Of a stretch of 50,092 bases of DNA, positions 46,327 to 50,092 are shown one piece after another. This DNA is from a virus (Duplodnaviria > Caudoviricetes), in the IMG/VR virus record IMGVR_UViG_3300033149_005642, positions 1 to 50,092 of that record, one strand, 5' to 3'. The notes under the pieces are model-generated. The model was not told the DNA's origin, did not search any database, and saw only the letters and a program-made list of their open reading frames with translations. Positions within the stretch are counted from its first letter, which is position 1. The number at the start of each line of letters is the position of its first letter. The position numbers and the translations under genes were made by a program.

Positions 46327-46563
46327 ATGAGTAGGACAGTGGACGAGGTTGTGGAAGGGTTGGGGCGATGGGGGATGCACGCCAAGACCATCGCCAGGGT
46401 GACGGGCCTGAGCGAGGGGCAGGTCCGGTACAGGTTGAAGGAGAAGGGGGTGAGACTGAGGGAGTATCGAGATGGAAGGAATAGAGAGGGGAGGGGGGTG
46501 CTGTGGAGAGTAGCCGGGGTGAGGGTCAGGAGGGGAAGGAGAGTGAAGGGGAGGGCAGCATGA
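46327..46563 (+). CDS. Small helix-turn-helix DNA-binding protein
   Basis: GMHAKTIARVTGLSEGQVRYRL. Confidence 0.7.
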   Translation: MSRTVDEVVEGLGRWGMHAKTIARVTGLSEGQVRYRLKEKGVRLREYRDGRNREGRGVLWRVAGVRVRRGRRVKGRAA

Positions 46564-46590
46564 GCGTGATTGTTTGACGGGGGACGGAGA

Positions 46591-46632
46591 GGAACCCCGG
46601 TCGCCGGAAGGGTGGGTGGCCGGGGTTTCTTT
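46591..46632 (+). terminator. Putative Rho-independent terminator
   Basis: GGAACCCCGGTCGCC...GGTGGCCGGGGTTTC then TTT. Confidence 0.55.
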
Positions 46633-46846
46633 GTGGGGATAGGGGAGGGAGTGGAAATTTGAGTGTAGGGGTAGGGGGGGTGTCTGGGGGGGTGGGTGAG
46701 GTGGGTGGGCGTGGGTCGTCGTAAAGCGTTAGGGCGCAATGAGTTACGGAAAGAGTGGACAAAGGGGGGCGGGCATGGTAGGATATGGTAGGCGGTCCAG
46801 ATCGGCTGGACCGGATCGTAAGGTCCCTAGAGGAAAGGGATTAGGG

Positions 46847-47389
46847 ATGAGTAAGGACAAGGGCGAACGCAAGGGCGAACGCAAGGGCGACGCACAAAAG
46901 GACCTGATGGACCGTCTCCATCAGGCGACGGCGGCGGAGATCGCCGCCGTGAAAGAGGCGGGGGGGCTTATTCTTGCCCGCCGCCACGGGCAGGATATCC
47001 GTAGTCTTCGCATTCCTCTGTTGTGGGGGGACATTGAAGCGCCGCAACGGTGGGGTAGTATCCGTATCCTCAAGCGGGCAGGGATACGGGTAGAAGAGGT
47101 GTATCCCGCCATAGAGGCGCTCGATCATGTCTTGCGGCAAGGCGCGGGCGCTGGCGAGTGGCGATACGTCCCCCCCAGTGGCGGAGTGCCCTTAGTGCAG
47201 GCATTCCGCGCCCGTCTCAGTGGCGGCAAGGGCGCAGCGTACATAGAGCCCGCCAGCGGGGCAGGACGCTCTACAGCGTATATCGGTGTTCTGGGCTGGC
47301 TTGCAGAGTCGGAGACGGAGACGGAGTCGGAGACGGAGACGGAGTCGGAGACGGAGACGGAGTCGGACTCGGACTCTGAAGCCGAGTAG
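46847..47389 (+). CDS. Hypothetical protein with acidic (ESETET)n tail
   Basis: ATG at 46847; 18-bp tandem repeat near 47306-47375; possible TGGACA-17-TAGGAT promoter at 46756-46784. Confidence 0.6.
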   Translation: MSKDKGERKGERKGDAQKDLMDRLHQATAAEIAAVKEAGGLILARRHGQDIRSLRIPLLWGDIEAPQRWGSIRILKRAGIRVEEVYPAIEALDHVLRQGAGAGEWRYVPPSGGVPLVQAFRARLSGGKGAAYIEPASGAGRSTAYIGVLGWLAESETETESETETESETETESDSDSEAE

Positions 47390-48410
47390 CATACGGGCGC
47401 GGCGGTCCTGAGGATTGCCGCGCCCTCTTTCCATCCCGCTTATCCCGCCGCGTATCCCGCCTAGTTTCCTCAATCTCCAGATCGCCGCGCGCCCGTTTCG
47501 CCGCTCCAGCGCCATGGAGCGCCCGTATTGCGCCCGGCGCGCCGCTGGAGTGTCTATGCCCCGCCTAGCCCGCCGGGCGCTCTACGGGCGCTCCACGGCC
47601 GCTCTATGGCCGCTCTCCATGTATCCGGCGGTGTCGGGCGCTTTCCGGCGATGTTCGGCGGTGTCGGGCGCGCGAAGCAGTCGGCCCCCTGGAAGCGAGC
47701 GGTGAGAGGGCCAAACACCTCACCCCCATCTCCCCCCTGACCGACCGTTTGAATAACCTCTCGAACTCAACCACCTAGTGCCAATTTCCCTATACTCTTT
47801 CCCCCCAACCCTTTGTGACACGCCTCGAAACCCCCTACGGTACTTTTCCCCACGTGTCTAATCCGCTCAACATGTCTCAAAGTGAGATAGCCTTACTCTC
47901 CCAACGACTTACGACTCGTTCTCAAAATGATATAAACCCGCGTAGACCATCCACCGATGGCTCGATAACGGGTAAATACTTTAGCACTGGCATTACTGAT
48001 CAATCGTTATACGGCCAATTACCCAAATCCTAATTGGTATCACTAACATAACCCTAACTTTATACTATTATATACGGTTATATACATTTCCGCCGCCCCA
48101 ACCCCTTACACCCCAACCACTTACGCCATCCTCTGACCCCGTCCCCCGTCAATGAGCCTCCCGAAATCTGTCTCATTTTGCGACGATCGGCCCCGACCCC
48201 CCGGCCTGCCCCATACCCTCTCTGAGCGAAATCTCATTGAGCCGTCTTTCTCTACTACCTAGTACCTCTTCAGAAGCATACAAAAACTCTTCCCCTAGAT
48301 GGTCTACGAGCACGCAAAGGAAATTGAGATTTGTCATAACTCCTTTCGCTGCAACGATCCCCCATTACCCCCGTTTTCACAAAGGCCCTTTCTTACTCTT
48401 CGCGGGGTGT
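47390..48410. other. Long probably non-coding region with G-to-C skew flip and AT-rich core; candidate origin or physical genome end
   Basis: No convincing ORF; TATACTATTATATACGGTTATATAC at about 48061-48085. Confidence 0.45.
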
Positions 48411-48413
48411 CAC

Positions 48414-48442
48414 TTGACAAAATCGCCCCCATCTGCTACCCT
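48414..48442 (+). promoter_or_regulatory. sigma70-type promoter
   Basis: TTGACA-17 bp-TACCCT with extended TG. Confidence 0.7.
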
Positions 48443-48488
48443 GTTCACAGTCGTCCACACCTCTTTTTCTCTTTTTGGAGGCTCGACC

Positions 48489-49019
48489 ATGACGCAGCCA
48501 CAGCCACAGCCACATACGCCGTTCCGTCCGAAGACTTATGAAAGGTTCACGTGGGGGTGCGGCCACACGACGAATGTTCCCCTCCGCGTCCCCCACCCTC
48601 CGACTTTCCGCACGGCCCTTTGTCCGGACTGCTATTTCCACGCCCATCCGCCTCCTCCCCGACGAGGACGCTACGCCCACCGGATAACCGGCACCTACTA
48701 TTGCGGCCATCCTTTTCGTATACACGTTCCTCGCGGCGACGAAGAACGGCGGCTCGCCTGGTTCGTGGCCGTCAACTCTCTCTGCCCCGCCTGCATCTTC
48801 GAGTGGGAGACCGCAGAGGCTATTCGGCAACGAGGGCTACCTGACGACTCTCCCGCTTACCAGCCTGACGACCGAACCGCCTTCACACTCCACCTCACCA
48901 AGTCGGCCATTTGGAGGCTTGAAACCCTGGCGGCCCGTCACCGCCAGAAACCCTCCGATTTCCTGATGGACCTTCTTCGGTCCCTTCTTCCCGGCCCCGC
49001 AGCGGAGGACTCGAAATGA
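48489..49019 (+). CDS. Duplicated CGH...LCPxC zinc-ribbon protein with possible C-terminal ribbon-helix-helix
   Basis: WGCGH...LCPDC and YYCGH...LCPAC; FTLHLTKSAIWRLETLA; GGAGG RBS. Confidence 0.65.
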   Translation: MTQPQPQPHTPFRPKTYERFTWGCGHTTNVPLRVPHPPTFRTALCPDCYFHAHPPPPRRGRYAHRITGTYYCGHPFRIHVPRGDEERRLAWFVAVNSLCPACIFEWETAEAIRQRGLPDDSPAYQPDDRTAFTLHLTKSAIWRLETLAARHRQKPSDFLMDLLRSLLPGPAAEDSK

Positions 49020-49417
49020 GTATCCCATTCAATACCCGTCGGCCCGACGAATCCATCTTCCATCGCTCCGTCCCCCGTCAAATCGTCGAAGAAATCGCCG
49101 CCCACACCGGCCACCACCTGATCGAGGTAGAGGACATCCTGGCCGCTTATCATCGCGCCATCCTCTACCGTGTCCTTCTGGGCCGCCCCGTCGTCCTGCG
49201 CGGCTTCGGCACCTTCTCGTCCCGCCTCTATCATGCGAGACAGGTCTTCTGCCCTGCCGACGGCACTACCCGTGAAGTCCCGAACCGCCGCATCCTTCAC
49301 TTCAAAATGAGTCCCACTCTCCGCCCCTACATGTCCACAAGCCCGGCAGCCTACAACGATCCCGAAACCCCCGGCACAACCCCCCCGAAAAGCTCCGAGG
49401 ACCCCGAAAAGCCTTGA
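49016..49417 (+). CDS. HU/IHF-family DNA-binding protein
   Basis: VVLRGFGTF...ARQVFCPADG...VPNRRILHFKMSPTLR. Confidence 0.85.
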   Translation: MSIPFNTRRPDESIFHRSVPRQIVEEIAAHTGHHLIEVEDILAAYHRAILYRVLLGRPVVLRGFGTFSSRLYHARQVFCPADGTTREVPNRRILHFKMSPTLRPYMSTSPAAYNDPETPGTTPPKSSEDPEKP

Positions 49418-49442
49418 CAAACTCCCAACCATCTCGTACATT
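49414..49442 (+). promoter_or_regulatory. sigma70-type promoter
   Basis: TTGACA-17 bp-TACATT. Confidence 0.75.
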
Positions 49443-49486
49443 ATTACTGTGTAGGGCGCACGTGAGCCTCGGAGGAGAAGACCCAT

Positions 49487-50092
49487 ATGAGCGCACACGA
49501 GATTCTGAAGGGTGAACGGAACGAAGACGGGGGACGGGGTACTTCTTCCCCCCTTCTTCCTTCTCCGGTCTACAAGGTCCTCAAGCTCGGCAACTCTCTC
49601 GAACTCCGAACCGTCGAGGAGTTGGCGATAGAGTGGGGATTCAAGACCAAATCGACCGCCGTAAAATTTCTCCGCGCCCTGAACGTTCCCCTCCTCCACA
49701 TCAACCGGGATTCCTACTTCTCGGTTCATGCGCTGGAGATGGCGCTCTTCAGCGTGACGGAATGGGGAGCGAAAGGTTTTGCGGCTCCGGGTAGTCACTT
49801 CCGCGACAAGCGCTATCCTTATCTCCGCCACCAACCCAACGTGGAAAAGATACGCCTCGCGCCCAGCGACATGCCGTCTCTGAAAGAACGGGAAGCTCTC
49901 CACAGGAGAATGAGCGAGGCGGCGGCGCGAAGGCTGGATGTTGTAGGGAAGGCCGTCTCTCGACTCCTCCACCAACCCAAGCCCCGCCGGGGAAGACGGA
50001 TGCCCCCCAAGGCCCCGTCCCCCGTCAAAAGTCGGCGGTCGGACAAACGCGTCAGCACCCCTGCCGCCGTGCCTGACATGGCATCTGCTATA
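49487..50092 (+). CDS. Hypothetical (possibly HTH) protein spanning the circular junction, ending at 207
   Basis: GGAGGA RBS, ATG 49487, open to the window end and in frame with ORF 22..207; RTVEELAIEWG helix-turn-helix-like segment. Confidence 0.7.
   Translation, partial: MSAHEILKGERNEDGGRGTSSPLLPSPVYKVLKLGNSLELRTVEELAIEWGFKTKSTAVKFLRALNVPLLHINRDSYFSVHALEMALFSVTEWGAKGFAAPGSHFRDKRYPYLRHQPNVEKIRLAPSDMPSLKEREALHRRMSEAAARRLDVVGKAVSRLLHQPKPRRGRRMPPKAPSPVKSRRSDKRVSTPAAVPDMASAI
49979..50092. repeat. Terminal direct repeat, right copy
   Basis: Identical to 1-114. Confidence 0.95.

Larger units (their letters stand above)
35..49539. repeat. Dispersed motif (T)GACGGGGGACGG(GG) / (CC)CCGTCCCCCGTC(A), about 29 copies
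   Basis: C-strand copies near 35, 626, 8923, 11499, 14237, 20488, 21483, 25446, 29609, 32897, 34629, 37307, 39669, 41551, 48137, 49068; G-strand copies near 14161, 21431, 23290, 25338, 31359, 32849, 34572, 37743, 40620, 40964, 46203, 46575, 49526 (counted by eye). Confidence 0.93.

Noticed and set aside
1-50092. tRNA genes, integrase, IS elements, reverse transcriptase/DGR
   Set aside because: No supporting motifs were recognised by eye; tRNAscan-SE and HMM searches would be needed to exclude them fully

Overview
The window is an apparently complete, circularly assembled ~50 kb GC-rich dsDNA tailed phage genome. Bases 1-114 are identical to 49979-50092, and one ORF reads across that junction. 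The + strand carries a packaging/structural arm (TerL, portal, scaffold, major capsid, virion proteins, and large ejection-type proteins; no tape measure, tail tube or sheath recognised, so probably podovirus-like). The - strand carries a replication arm (UDG-fused family A DNA polymerase, DNA methyltransferase, ERCC4 nuclease, Cas4-like exonuclease, Sak4-like ATPase, MCM-like ATPase). A very G-rich accessory arm follows. Three things stand out. (1) Three glycosyltransferase domains with polypeptide-GalNAc-transferase-like motifs sit inside the structural operon, and five structural-region proteins, including the capsid, carry mucin-like Thr/Ser tracts, suggesting a phage-encoded mucin-type O-glycosylation system for the virion. 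(2) A ubiquitin-like protein / E1 (ThiF) / JAB protease cluster with no recognisable E2. (3) About 29 copies of a 12-15 bp motif, (T)GACGGGGGACGG(GG), lie on both strands, in several reading frames, in five same-order inverted pairs, and over the DNA polymerase transcription start. All product calls come from motif recognition and gene order, not database searches. No integrase, RNA polymerase, tRNA or CRISPR array was recognised.
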